Notes: generated by a model not told the origin, from the sequence alone. A stretch of DNA of 64,000 bases from Octopus sinensis (GCF_006345805.1 NC_043009.1:16368001-16432000), one strand, 5' to 3'. Shown: positions 1 through 14,771, counted from the first letter of the stretch. Made by a program: numbers and translations.

Positions 1-440
1 TCTTCTTCTGGGCAGATTTTCTAGTTGTTTTCCCATCCGCTTCTTAAAAAATATATAGTCTCTATAATTATAACTTTAATGAATTATTTGGCACCCCAGA
101 AACCGAAGTACTCCTTGCCAACCCTACTTTCTATCTTTCTTTTCTCTTTCATTCTTTCCTCCTTTCCTCATATCAAGATATTTCTTCATATTTTCTTTCT
201 CTTCATTGTCTCCTCCTTTCCCTCTATTCCCTCGCCTTAATCCACTGTTTTTTCTCTCTAAGTCCTTCTATCTTTCAATGGCATAATGATTTACCTTGTT
301 ATCTTGTCCACGAGTCAGATTCAAGCTTATATTCGGAACTAAGAGTCTTATTAGTTTTGAACTTTGCTTTTGCAACCGTTTCAACTTGTAAATTAAATGC
401 AAAGTAGTTATGTGTTACTCGGTATAAACAAAGGTGAAAG

Positions 441-522
<82 letters not shown>

Positions 523-609
523 TGTGACCTTTCAAAATGTGACCTCGTGTGTACCGTTGGCGATTTTTTTCCTCTGTCTTCCCTTCTCGGGATCTTTCCT
601 TCTCCTATT

Positions 610-739
610 TTTCCGACGAAGAGCTCCGCTCGAAACGTTAAACCCTCCTTCTTCCCTTCTTTCCTGAGCGTCCAATAATACTTTATTTGTTCCACGTCCT
701 CGCGTTGTTGTGTTTTTTTGTGCTTTCTTGTTTGGATTA

Positions 740-742
<3 letters not shown>
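610..742 (+). mobile_element. PLE-type terminal repeat (pLTR) fragment with minimal hammerhead-like motif, ending at (TA)n
   Basis: TTT-CCGACGA-A-GAGC(TCC)GCTC-GAAA-CGT-T-AAA at 610-642. Same architecture as the motifs at 22886, 47368 and 51908. Sequence runs into (TA)n at 743. Confidence 0.6.
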
Positions 743-1592
<850 letters not shown>

Positions 1593-4256
1593 ACCGCTAG
1601 GCATTTGTCCGACGCACCAATAATTCTGCCTGCTCGATGCCTTCTTCCAAAATATAAGTATGAGATCAATTATACCATTATACAAAACCTGAGGCCAGGA
1701 TTATCCGCAAAAAAAATGAATGACTTTTCATATCCACGATTCAGGATCTAATCTCAGAAGGAAATGTTAAAATCTGAAACCATCAATATATTTTGCAAAG
1801 GGTTCATGATTAAATTATCGAAATATTTAAAACATTTACATTTAGCAGAAATCTTGGTAAAACATTGTGACTCTGTTCGTCTTCCATACATTTTGGAATT
1901 GTTAATTAAAAAATAACGTGGAAACACGTTGTGTGGGGATGGTATACAGACAGACAGACAAAGAAAGGACGAAATAAAGAAAGAAAGAAAGAACGAAAGA
2001 AAGAAACAAACAAACAAACAAACAACATGAGAAATATTGAGTAAATTGATGAATGAGAAAAGTCAGTCTAGACTGATAGACATCTAATCAAATAGACAAG
2101 CAGAGATCGATAGAGAGATATACATGTAGACATGAAGACAAAGAAACAGACAGTCAATGTAGGTGAACAGGTAGACTAAACTACTTTAAACTGTATATGA
2201 ATAACAGTGCATTATTGTCGAGTAAGAACTTTTGAGTTATTCCATGACAGTGTATCATGAGGTTGAAGAAACCCGTCGTTGATACATTAAGGAACCTATC
2301 TCGTAACCAAGGAACCAATCCATTAAGTTTAATTTGCACATGCAGCGTTAACTGAAATTTATAAATTTGTTTTATAGTACATTATAACAGCGAAATGAAA
2401 CTCTGCTAACTCGTTAGTAATTAAGATTCACTTAGCTTTCTATCTAAACTTCATTAACTGTAAATAAGCAAGAATTATTCGCCTCTACATAACTGACTAG
2501 TTTTGGTTATTGTTTTTCTTTTTCTTCAACGGATGGCGGGGAAGAAACCATTTTCTAATGGATTGGTCTATCAGTGGATTGTGTAGGTTCTCTGAGACTG
2601 GATGGATTAATGCTACTAATATTCCCCCTGAACTGCTTCAAGTCGAATGATGAAAAATAAACATGTGCAAAGAGAGTGGACCTTTCCAGACGACAAACGT
2701 TTTACGAAAGAAAATCTGGGTATTATGGTAAGTGCGGAGCTTGGCGTAGAGATAACACGGATGCAGAGAGAGGGAGAGAGTGATTCTAGAATGTCTCAAC
2801 AGTAGTGAAACGAGACACACCAGATCCAAGAACAGAGGCCATTGTAGTACTTCTTTAAAACACAGAGTAAACACTGCAAGCCTGTCGGCAGGAAGTTGAT
2901 GAGTGTTTGTGAATGACTTCACGCCAACCATTCGAGTGTCTTTAGTATTCAGCAACAGGTTCAGATTCGTAAATAGGGCCCTTAAAAGATGGATAACACA
3001 GCAGAATCGTTAGAATGTCAGACAACAGGCATTGCAGCATTTCTTCTGACTTTTTGTGCTATTTTTGAGAACTGAAACATAGTTGTGGTTGGAATATAGA
3101 AGACATTCGAAGTACAGGTTGTTGGTAAAAATATCAGGAAAATATTACAATGGGTATATTTGAATGCATTAGGTTAATGTACGACAAATGGCAAGCAAGG
3201 ACAAACATTTGGTGCTCTAACCTGGCCAAGTCAGTGATTTGTCATCCATATGTGGAAGATAATTCTAAATGTTTTTCATACTTTAATGTTTAATTATATT
3301 TTGTTTTAATTATTGTTTGGTAGTTTTTGTGTTTTTCCGTGTAATTTCTAATGTGTTCCTATAACTGTTTAAACCTGTCTCCATTCAAATCCTGTTACAT
3401 CACTCATCTCACCTCTTTATATAGTTTGAACGGGTCAGTTACATATATTTGTAAATCTCTTTTTCACATTATATTTTATTGTATCACTTCAAGACCTGTG
3501 TGGCTGACACAGAAAATATTATTATATTTTGCTTTTTATTATGATGATTACGGTATTGTTCGTTAAGAGCATTGGATGGGTAGAATTATTAGAACGTTAG
3601 AGAAAATGGTTTCTGGAATTTAATTGATGTCCTTTTACGTTTTGGTGTCAAATCCCACAAAGATCAAATTTGTTTTCCAGTTTCAGGGAAGAATTTGCGT
3701 TGTTGCTGGTTATTCATTTGACAATTTAAGCTTAGTACCACAAATTAGTATCACAAATTCATGGAGGTTGTGGGGTGAGAGAGTGTATGAGTGAGTGTAT
3801 TGGTATGTGTGTGTATTGGTGAGTGAGTGTGTGCATTGGTATGTGTGTGTGTGTGTGTGTACTGATGTGTGCGTGTGTTCATATCTATGTGTATGTTTGA
3901 GTGTATGCATGACTGCGATAGTGATGGTTAGAGAAATCCCTATTTTCAAAAGTGGTGTCAGCCTAGCAGTATGATATGATTCCAAATGACACCAATCGTG
4001 TGAATGTCCAATGCCCTAACAATGTAGTGATGCGGATTTTTACACTGGAAAACACAAGAAAAGATACGCGCGCACGCAGACAAATACACACATATAGTTG
4101 TATATATGTATATGTGTGTGTGTGTGTGTGTGCATGTATGCATATATACATACATGCATTTATATATATATATATATTTTGATTACGTCCATCAGATGTA
4201 GTTACACATCGCTGGTCACAATGCGTTCGCATTGTTTTAGCCTTCAAATGACGCCA

Positions 4257-4309
<53 letters not shown>

Positions 4310-4435
4310 TATATAATATATATAAGATATCATGCATATAGCGATTATATAGGTGTGCTTTTTTGTATGTGAGCGTTTGTACATGAATTTATGTACACAT
4401 CCATCCATCCATCCATACATACATACATACATACA

Positions 4436-4466
<31 letters not shown>

Positions 4467-5235
4467 GTAGTCTTTATACATGTGTCTGCGCGCGTGTCTG
4501 CGTACCACCCTTTCTGTCTGCCAACACGCCAGTAATTTTAGCAACTCTTCCATGATTACAAAACGAAAAGGCTTCGCTAAGGAACTTGGCAATGAATGGT
4601 TCGCTGTTAAAGCTGCTTCATAACATTGAAGGCTATTCACTATTTAACAGAAGCTCGCTCTAATGATTTCTTTGTCACTACCATCGATGAAAGCAACACG
4701 TAATCATAGATCTTCATGTACTGCTGAAATACTATATATACATACACACGCGCTCGCGCACACAAACACGCGCATGCGTATGTGTGTGTTTGTGCATTAT
4801 TATTTGACGTTTTTGTCTGTTTTTGCTTCAACTCCGCATATCTTTGGGGGTTTTTTCAGATTTGTCTTAGTTTTCTCGGTTTAAAATCGCAAGACTTGTT
4901 CAACATCGTCTTCTGGGAACCCTGGCCTATTGCATATGAATGATACCAATGTAGTTTTTCAAGGACTAAAATTGTAATGATTCTGAATAGAAAGTTGGCT
5001 ATCTATCCCGTTACATCCTTCGTACACGTCCTTCGTCATTATTTTCAGTTATATACAGAGATGGGTGAGAGGGAAAGAGAGGAGAGTGAGAGAAAGAGAG
5101 AGAGAGAGAACATATATAGGTTATAACAATTGGCACGTGTACGTCAACGTATATATAATTTAGCTATATAATTTTCCATATCTGTGTGTATACGTATAGG
5201 CATATGTACGTGAGTGTGTGTCTATATGTGTGTAC

Positions 5236-5281
<46 letters not shown>

Positions 5282-5965
5282 ATACATAGGATGGACCAAA
5301 ATCATGCACCAAAACATTTCATATTTTATTTATATTACATTATTGTTATTATTATCATTATTAATTTTGATCATCATGTCAAAGTAGGTATGAATTTACC
5401 ATTCTTTTATCTATTTTATTCAATTTTAGAAAAATTGAACCATGTCTTTGCCAATTTCGGGGAGTATTGAACTTATTTTTGCGTGAATTTTGGCCCACTC
5501 TGTATAATATATACTAATATTATATTCATAAAGAATTTGGTTATGATTGCTCTTCAAAACTAACAATCATGTGTACTGAAAATTCTTTCCATATATTAAT
5601 GATGGGAAAGATTTGAAAACAAGGGGTCACCACTAAGTATAATTTTCTAATCACCACCTTGATTGCCTTATCCAAATAATGTCTTATAGAAATGAAGCTG
5701 AATGTAATGGACAGTGGTCACAGCCGATTACTATTCTAAATTAATGTTCCTATTGCATTTTTTTTACTTTTGATATAACTCGCAACAAGTAAATGCATGT
5801 GTGCGAGTGTATATGGGGGGGCGTGTCTTTACTGAAGAACCCAGATTCCATTACATTAATAACTAAGTTGTCAACACACGTTACACAGAAATACGATCAT
5901 ATAATTATGTAGATATGTTTATGTATGGTGTTTGAATATTTGTTATATGTGTATATATGTATAGT

Positions 5966-6278
5966 GAGGGCGCGTGGCTTAGTGGTTAGGGCATTCGGCT
6001 CATGATCGTAAGGTTGTGAGTTCGATTCCCGGCGACGCGTTGTGTCCTTGAGCAAGACACTTTATTTCACGTTGCTCCAGTCCACTCAGCTGGCAAAAAT
6101 GAGTTGTACTTGTATTTCAAAGGGTCAGCTTGTCACTCTCTGTGTCACGCTGAATTCCCGAGAACTACGTTAAGGGTACACGTGTCTGTGGAATGCTCAT
6201 CCATTTGCACGTTAATTCACGAGCAAGCTGTTCCGTTGATCGTATCAGGGGACCCTCGTCGTCGTAACCGGCGGAGTC
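5966..6278 (+). mobile_element. tRNA-derived SINE, family C
   Basis: A box GGCTTAGTGG and B box GAGTTCGATTCCC, followed by GTGTCCTTGAGCAAGACAC (V-domain-like). A diverged homolog lies on the minus strand at 20770-21065. Confidence 0.8.
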
Positions 6279-6456
6279 TTCTTATATATGTATACAAAAA
6301 TGTATGTATGTATAGATAGATAGATGTAGAATCCGCATGCATGTGTGGGATGGTTTATGAACACACACACATACATACACACACACACACTCACACACAC
6401 ACACAACACACACAACACACACAAACACACACACCACACACACACACATATATATA

Positions 6457-6505
<49 letters not shown>

Positions 6506-6668
6506 ATATACATATAGACATATATTGCAGGCATGGCTGCGTGATAAGAATTTGCTTCCCAGACACAGCGCAACTGTTCTCTGCCGCAAAACCTTGTGAA
6601 TAGATTTGGCAGACGGTAAGTAAAAGGATGTATGTATGTATGTTTAAGTAAAAGGAACTTGTCATAAA

Positions 6669-7087
6669 GGCGTAGGAGTGGCTGTGTGGTAAGTAGCTTG
6701 CTAACCAACCACATGGTTCCGGGTTCAGTCCCACTGCGTGGCATCTTGGGCAAGTGTCTTCTGCTATAGCCTCGGGCCGACCAAAGCCTTGTGAATGGAT
6801 TTGGTAGACGGAAACTGAAAGAAGCCTGTCGTATATATGTATATATATATATGTATGTGTGTTTATATGTTCGTGTGTCTGTGTTTGTCCCTCTAGCATT
6901 GCTTGACAACCGATGCTGGTGTGTTTACGTCCCCGTCACTTAGCGGTTCGGCAAAAGAGACCAACAGAATAAGTACTTGGCTTACAAAGAATAAGTCCCG
7001 GGGTAGATTTGCTCGACTAAAGGTGGTGCTCCAGCATGGCCGCAGTCAAATGACTGAAACAAGTAAAAGACTAAAAGAGTAAAAGAG
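6669..7087 (+). mobile_element. tRNA-derived SINE, family A (full copy with internal microsatellite)
   Basis: Head GGCGTAGGAGTGGCTGTGTGGTAAG...GGTTCCGGGTTCAGTCCC and tail GACTGAAACAAGTAAAAGA. Several homologous copies occur in the window. Confidence 0.9.
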
Positions 7088-7124
7088 AGTAATTGTGTGT
7101 GTGTGCGTGTGTGTGTGTGTCTGT

Positions 7125-7163
<39 letters not shown>

Positions 7164-7182
7164 TGTGTGTGTGTGTGTGTGT

Positions 7183-7218
<36 letters not shown>

Positions 7219-8037
7219 TGCTTGTCCCCCATCACCGCTTGACAACCAGTGTTGTTTTGTTTACGATCCGTAACTAGTGGTTCGGGAGAAGCGTTCGACA
7301 AAATAAATACCATGCTTCGATTATTCGCTTCAAGTCGGTGCTCCAGCATAGCCGTAGTCTAATGACTGAAGCAAGTAAAAGATGCACATAGAAACATAGA
7401 AACATAGGTATATACACCCAGACAGAACTCATCCCCTTCAATGTGTTTGTAATTAAACAAAACGGAAATGCGATACTTGAGTAGTGATTTACACAATTTC
7501 AAACTTAGCGGACGCACGTACCCACACACACACACACACACATACACTCACACACACACTTACACACACACACACACACACACATACATACATACACACA
7601 CACGCACACACATGCACACACACACATAGTCACACATGTTTGAACGAACCTGGTCAGGTGTGTGTGTGTGTGTGTGCTTATATATGTATGCATACATGTA
7701 TAAACATAGTTATATAAATATATATATATTTATTTATACACACACATATGTATGCGTATGCACACATATATTTACGCATATAGATCTATATATATACTTA
7801 CATATACGTATGCATACACATATATAGATATATGTATTTATATACACATATATAAATATAAATGTGTATATATATATATACATATATGTATGTGTGTATA
7901 CGTACGTGCGTATGTATGTATGTATGTATGTATGTATGTATGTATGTATGTGTATGTATGTATGTATGTATGTATGTATGTATGTTAGTGCGAGGGCATA
8001 TATAGATGAGTTTACTTTTCAATGTTATGTGTACACA

Positions 8038-8137
8038 NNNNNNNNNNNNNNNNNNNNNNNNNNNNNNNNNNNNNNNNNNNNNNNNNNNNNNNNNNNNNNN
8101 NNNNNNNNNNNNNNNNNNNNNNNNNNNNNNNNNNNNN
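8038..8137. other. Assembly gap (100 N)
   Basis: Run of 100 N, typical of an unsized scaffold join. Confidence 1.
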
Positions 8138-8221
8138 ATGAGTGCCTCTGTGTATGTATGTCAGAACATATGTAAATATATATACATACATACATATTAT
8201 ATATATATATATATATATATT

Positions 8222-8279
8222 TATTATATAGAAGGAGCTTCTACAGGACTAGAACTGTTTCATTCAAGAGAAATCTTCA
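8222..8279 (-). mobile_element. Orphan truncated hammerhead fragment embedded in (TA)n
   Basis: Matches 14102-14158 apart from one base (GAAAC intact here). The 5' part of the core is cut off by the TA tract. Confidence 0.7.
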
Positions 8280-8318
8280 TATATATATATATATATTATA
8301 TATATATATATATATATA

Positions 8319-8361
<43 letters not shown>

Positions 8362-8845
8362 TATATATACATACATACATATATATTATATATGTATATA
8401 TATATATATATATGTATGTATTTATGTATGTATGCAGGTATGTATGTATGTATGTATGTATGTATGTATGTATGTATGTTTACAGTTAAAAGAAGAAAAG
8501 AAAATTGAGATAAGGACGTTAGCAATTGTTAAATATTAACAAATTGGTCATCTTCATCCCCCAATAATACCAGGTATAAACTAGTATTTCCCTTCAGGTG
8601 TTTAATATATCCTCTAATTAAATTTAAATATACATAAAGCACATATATATTACATAGATTCATAGATAGATACTAACACACATACATACATGCATACGTA
8701 TATACATACTTACGTACGCACGTACATATATAAAGACAGATACACACACACATACACACATATATATAGACATATATATATATATTCATATTTTCCGATG
8801 CTCAAACGTACATGAAGAATTTTAATTAATGCAAATAATTGTGAA

Positions 8846-8893
<48 letters not shown>

Positions 8894-8906
8894 ACGTGTT
8901 TCCTAC

Positions 8907-8955
<49 letters not shown>

Positions 8956-9124
8956 ATATATATACTTACGTACATTTCACACACACATACATAGTGATTC
9001 TTGCACATACGTATATATGTGTAAATATAATTATATATATATGTATATACACAAGGTTTCAAACATTAAACAAAAGCACGACAAACATACATACATACAT
9101 ATATACATACATACGTACATATAA

Positions 9125-9197
<73 letters not shown>

Positions 9198-9766
9198 CTG
9201 ACAGACAAACTGCTAGACATATATGTACAGATGTATATGTAAGTGTGTGTACATATATACATATGTATGTCTGTGTTTATACGGGGATGCTTACACAGAG
9301 ACACACATACCCATGTATACACAAACACACACTATCACAGACATTTCTATGATGTTTCTTTTAGCAAGTATAAAAACTTTAAGCTCTCATTTTAAAACAC
9401 AGGGAAACACCCACAACAGAGAATCAAAGCATATATAACAACAATATCAACAAGAATAATTTAAACATTTACAATAACAATAGCAATTTCTACAGGCTTA
9501 ACAACAGACCAGGTATTAGCACACACACACACTCACACACTCACACATATCATGCGTATATACTTCAATAAATACACACACACACACACAAACACCCACA
9601 TACAAACACACACACATAGTCACAGAGGTACACACAGACAAACACATATACGCACACAGAGTCACACACACAGAGTCACACAAACACAGAGTCACACACA
9701 CAGAGAGTCACACAAACACGGAGTCACACACACAGAGAGTCACACACGCGAATTAAGGGTACTGAC

Positions 9767-9866
9767 CGAGTCTGCGAGTGAGCTTTTGTCCGTAGACTAT
9801 CCAGTAAGCACAGAGCAGCGATGCCAGTAGAAGGCTGCGACACAGACTTAGAGAAAAGGGAATCAT
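9767..9866 (-). CDS. Probable first coding exon of a secreted or membrane protein (signal peptide MIPFSLSLCRSLLLASLLCAYWIVYG-QKLTRRL, phase-1 donor)
   Basis: ATG at 9866, hydrophobic stretch ending in small residue G, 100 coding nt, then G|GTCAGT donor (9766-9761). Lies in a non-repetitive patch. Gene identity unknown, and an internal or terminal exon reading is also possible. Confidence 0.6.
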
Positions 9867-10533
9867 TGAGGAATGCGATGTCGGGCCCGATGCTTTTTCT
9901 TCTTCTTCTTCGTCTTCTTCCAGTGTCTTGATATCCAACACAGCATCAGGAAATCCAACTAATGGTCAGAAAAGCACGTAAACACAACCGCATGTTTTTT
10001 GCCCTCCCAACAGACGCAATTTTTTTTCCCCCTTAGCAGCAGTGATAGTTCGCTCTCCAGCACTCCTCTCCTTATCTGCTTTCCTTCTCTTGTTCGTGAT
10101 GCTGTTCCTGCTGATGGTGCTGCTGTGGTGTGGCGCCGAGGCTTATATCAGTTGTGTATGTATGTGTGTGAGTCAGTATGCGTCTGGTGTGTCAGTCATA
10201 GAAGAGGGTGAGTGTGTGAGATTATGTGGCCTTGTTTGTGTGTTTGTTTTCTTCGAGTGTATTATGTGTTAGGATGTTTGCTTATAGTCTCTGTGCGTGT
10301 CTGTGTGTATGTGTGAACGTGTGGTTATTTTTATCTAACTTTATGCATTCCAGCATCGCCATTGAACGTATCTTTCTCTTTCCTTTTTCTCTTCTCTGTC
10401 TCTCTCTCTCCCTCTCTCTCTCTTTCTCTCCCTCATGCACACACAAACACACACATATACACATATACTTTCTCCCTCCTTCCCTCGTGCGTTTATGGAT
10501 AGATAGATAGATGGATAGATAGATCGATCGATC

Positions 10534-10604
<71 letters not shown>

Positions 10605-10996
10605 GGATAGATAGATGGATAGATATATTTATCCATCTACCTCACACGCACACACACACACACACTCCTTCTTTCAACTTCGCTCTTTCGCTTCATAAAT
10701 ATTTACCTATATCTCTACGAATCTTCGTGCATGTATTTATTTATTTATTTATATATTCATATAACCATGTAGCGATAGGACACCATATCGATATCTCCTT
10801 TAACCAACCTTCTCTCTGTCTATCTACCCATTTATCCAACTACTACCTCTCGACTTATCGACCGAACTGTCAGCCCAAACATCTGCTTCGAAAATTCTCT
10901 GTATATATCTATCTCTCTCTCTATTTGTTTTGTTTATCAGTTGCCCGAATACACACACATACACACACATACCCCCGTACGCGCACGCGCGTTCTA

Positions 10997-11067
<71 letters not shown>

Positions 11068-11203
11068 CACACACACATGATGAGAAAGAGAGTTGCAGAG
11101 AAACAATTTACATATATATATATATACACATACAATCGGGCACATATACACTTGTAAGTGCGTGTGTGTGAAATACATACATATATATATATATATATAT
11201 GTG

Positions 11204-11257
<54 letters not shown>

Positions 11258-11261
11258 TCTT

Positions 11262-11522
11262 TCATTTTTTTATTTGTTTCAGTCATTTGACTGCGGCCAT
11301 GCTGGAGCACCGCCTTTTGTCGAGCAAATCGAACCCAGGACTTATTCTTTGTAAGCCTGGTACTTATTCTATCAGTCTCTTTGCCGAATCGCTAAGTTAC
11401 GGGGATGTATGCACACCAAAACAGTTGTCAAGCGAAGGTGGGGGGACGAACACAGACACAAAAGCATATCATATATATATATATATATATAATACATATA
11501 TATATATATTTATATATATATA

Positions 11523-11569
<47 letters not shown>

Positions 11570-11621
11570 CATATATATATTCATATATATATATATATCT
11601 ATATAATATATATCATATATA

Positions 11622-11676
<55 letters not shown>

Positions 11677-11842
11677 TATATACGATGAGCTTCTTTCAGT
11701 TTCCGTCAACCAAATCCACTCACAAGGCTTTGGTCGGTCCTAGGCTATAGTAGAAGGCACTTGCCCAAGGTGCCACGCAGTGGGACTGAACCCAGAATCG
11801 TGTGATTGGTAAGCAAGCTTCTTACCACACAGCTGCTCCTAT
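11262..11842 (-). mobile_element. SINE family A, split by an expanded internal (TA)n
   Basis: Tail half at about 11262-11460 and head half at about 11680-11842 are reverse complements of the 6669 copy. Confidence 0.85.
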
Positions 11843-12423
11843 ATACATGTGTGTGTGTGTGTGTGTGTTATTTTGGATAGATAGTGACAGGAGTGACTCA
11901 ATGTCAGAGAGTTTCGTGTATGCCACATATCAAACTTCGACATGTGGGATGCATTGAAACTGTCGGCACATGGGGCACCTCTGTAACTTTTTACTGGTTA
12001 AAAATAAAGCAGATGTAAACTCGGACGTTCATTTTTATCTCTCTCGTTTACTCTAAAGGATTCTAAACGCGTGTGTGCGCGTGTGTGTGTATGTGTGTGT
12101 GTGTGTCCTTGCATGTGTGTGTGCGCGTGTGTGTGCATGTGTGCGTGCATGTGAGTGTGTGCGTGTGTCTTTCTCTTCCTGCTCATTCCTCTGGTGCTGG
12201 ACAAAAGCTGTTGCTTTGTTTACGTCCCTTTAATGGAGTGGCTTGGCAAAAATAATTTAGAACTAAGCCTTTCAAGATGGTGTCACAGAATAGGCGCAGC
12301 CCACAAACTTACATGCACCCATACTCAGCTATGTGCATTTACATAAATGTGTGTGTGTGTAATAGACAGATACAGATAAAAATTTACACACACACACATA
12401 TATATACACCCACACACACACAT

Positions 12424-12478
<55 letters not shown>

Positions 12479-12783
12479 CATATCTACCTGTATTTACATA
12501 TAACGATATATTTATATATATATATATATATTATATGTGTGTGTGTGTGAGCTTGTGTGTGTGTGTGAGCTTGTGTGTGTGTGTGTGAGCTTGTGTGTGT
12601 GTGTGAGCTTGTGTGTGTGTGTGTGTGTGAGCTTGTGTGTATGTAATATATATTCATGTGTATATATATATATATATACACACACACATATATATATATA
12701 TTCATGTATACATACGTTTGTGTATGAATTCTTAAATATATAAATATACATGTATATTCATATATATGCAATGCATGTGTGTG

Positions 12784-12831
<48 letters not shown>

Positions 12832-12844
12832 GTAGATGCAGACA

Positions 12845-12847
12845 GAC

Positions 12848-12934
<87 letters not shown>

Positions 12935-12935
12935 T

Positions 12936-13011
<76 letters not shown>

Positions 13012-13040
13012 TTAGATAGATAGATAGATAGATAGATAGA
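12845..13040. repeat. (GATA)n/(GA)n microsatellite
   Basis: Directly visible. Confidence 0.95.
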
Positions 13041-13296
13041 TACACACACACACACACAGTACATCGATACAATAATGTAAACATCGCAAAATATCTTTAA
13101 AACATTGGTTTTTTCGTAGTTCAATCATTGCCTGATATAGAACTCAATAGGGTGGGAGAGATATATTTATAATAGCAGAGGTGACATTCTACTCAGAGTT
13201 TACCACAGGTTGGGCTGTTTTCATATACAGAGCTGTCGAGAGTGAAACTCTGAGTAGATCGTCAGTTTTAAATATAATATATGCATTTAATAGTCG

Positions 13297-13460
13297 CAGG
13301 CGTGGCTGTGAGGTCAGAAGGTTACTTCCTCACCATATGGTTCCAGGTTCAGTCCCACAGTATGGTATTTTGGGCAAGTTTCTTCTTGTATAGCTTTGGG
13401 TCGACCAAAGTTTTCTGGGTGGATTTGGTTGATGGAAACTGAAAGATGTTCGCCGTATAT
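13297..13460 (+). mobile_element. Diverged SINE family A head half
   Basis: GCAGGCGTGGCTGTGAGG...GGTTCCAGGTTCAGTCCC...GGAAACTGAAAG. Confidence 0.7.
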
Positions 13461-13623
13461 CTATCTATCTATCTATCTACCTATATATTTAGCTATCTAT
13501 TTAGCTATCTATCTATCTTTCTATCTAGCTATCAGTATGTATGTATGTATGTATGTATGTGTGTATGTATCATATATATACATACATATATGCATATATA
13601 CATACAGACACACACACAGACAT

Positions 13624-13669
<46 letters not shown>

Positions 13670-13935
13670 ACTTCGTGTTCTTTAGTTCTTTACTCTTTTG
13701 GCCTATCACATCTAAGGCCATGCTAGAGCAACCCCTTTCTCCATCACCCTTCATATATGTTGTTTTGTTTTATTTTCCGTGTCTCTATTTTTGTTTCGTT
13801 TACTTTTTTGCTGTTTCGGTGGCTTTTTAAATATTTATAACAATTCACAATTCCCATTTGTAATCATCTTTTAGCACCACCACCCTCCTCTTCCCCTTTA
13901 CCTTCATCTTTTTTAACCTCCTCTCTGTCTCCCCT

Positions 13936-13969
<34 letters not shown>

Positions 13970-14030
13970 ATAGCGGATGTAAGTATATATGTGTGTGTGT
14001 GTATCTATATATATATATATATATATATAT

Positions 14031-14320
14031 GTAGGTCCCGGGTTGATTCGGGGTTAACCACAGTAAATAAGGTACTCAATACATAGCAGAGTAAAATTAA
14101 TTTATTATATAGAAGGAGCTTCTACAGGACTAGAACTGTTCATTCAAGAGAAATCTTCAGGAAGCTAGTTAACAAGAATTGTATTGGCATTTATACATTA
14201 GGCAGGTTTAAAGGGGTGTTGGTGGGGGACTTTTGGGGGTAGGCATAGCGCAAAATATCATACTTGGGGGAGTGGTCAAGGAGTCAGTGTTAAATTAGAT
14301 AGAAGAATAAATAAAAAAAT
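14031..14320 (-). mobile_element. PLE-type pLTR with type I hammerhead (14117-14166), 3' end at (TA)n
   Basis: Minus strand AGCTTC-CTGAAGA-TTTC(TCTT)GAAT-GAAC-AG(TTCTAGTC)CTGT-A-GAAGCT. One A of GAAA is missing in this copy. Confidence 0.7.
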
Positions 14321-14771
14321 TAAAAAATAAAAAAATAAAAAAATCTATATATAAAAAAAGGGGAATAGAGTTTTAGGTAAATAAGGAGATTCTCACTTAT
14401 ACCTATGCACACATGTATACATACATACACACACATACAAACATATATACATATACATACACACATACATACACACACATATATATACATATATATACAC
14501 TTACACATACACATACATATACATATCTACACATACACATATATGTATACATACACACACTCACATGCATACACGTATACACACATGTATATATACACAC
14601 ACGACCACACATACATATACGCACAGAAAAATATATATACACATACACACACATACTCACATACACGCATACACACACATATCCACACACACACATGCAC
14701 ACACAGCACACTAGTCCCTCTATACACATATATACACATACACACACATATACACACACATACATACATAT

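Noticed and set aside
5966-6040. tRNA-like A and B boxes here and at other SINE heads
   Set aside because: They continue into SINE bodies, occur as multiple diverged copies and do not form a complete cloverleaf, so they are not tRNA genes.
9753-9993. In-frame TGA in MRLCLRAFLTISWIS*CCVG read as possible selenocysteine
   Set aside because: No SECIS seen, no redox motif, and the read-through peptide is low-complexity. A simple uORF is more parsimonious.
9640-12640. Short regularly spaced repeats (CACACAGAGT units at 9.65-9.75 kb, GTGTGAGCTT units at 12.54-12.64 kb) as a CRISPR-like array
   Set aside because: They are microsatellite-derived minisatellites without unique spacers or cas genes, in a eukaryotic context.
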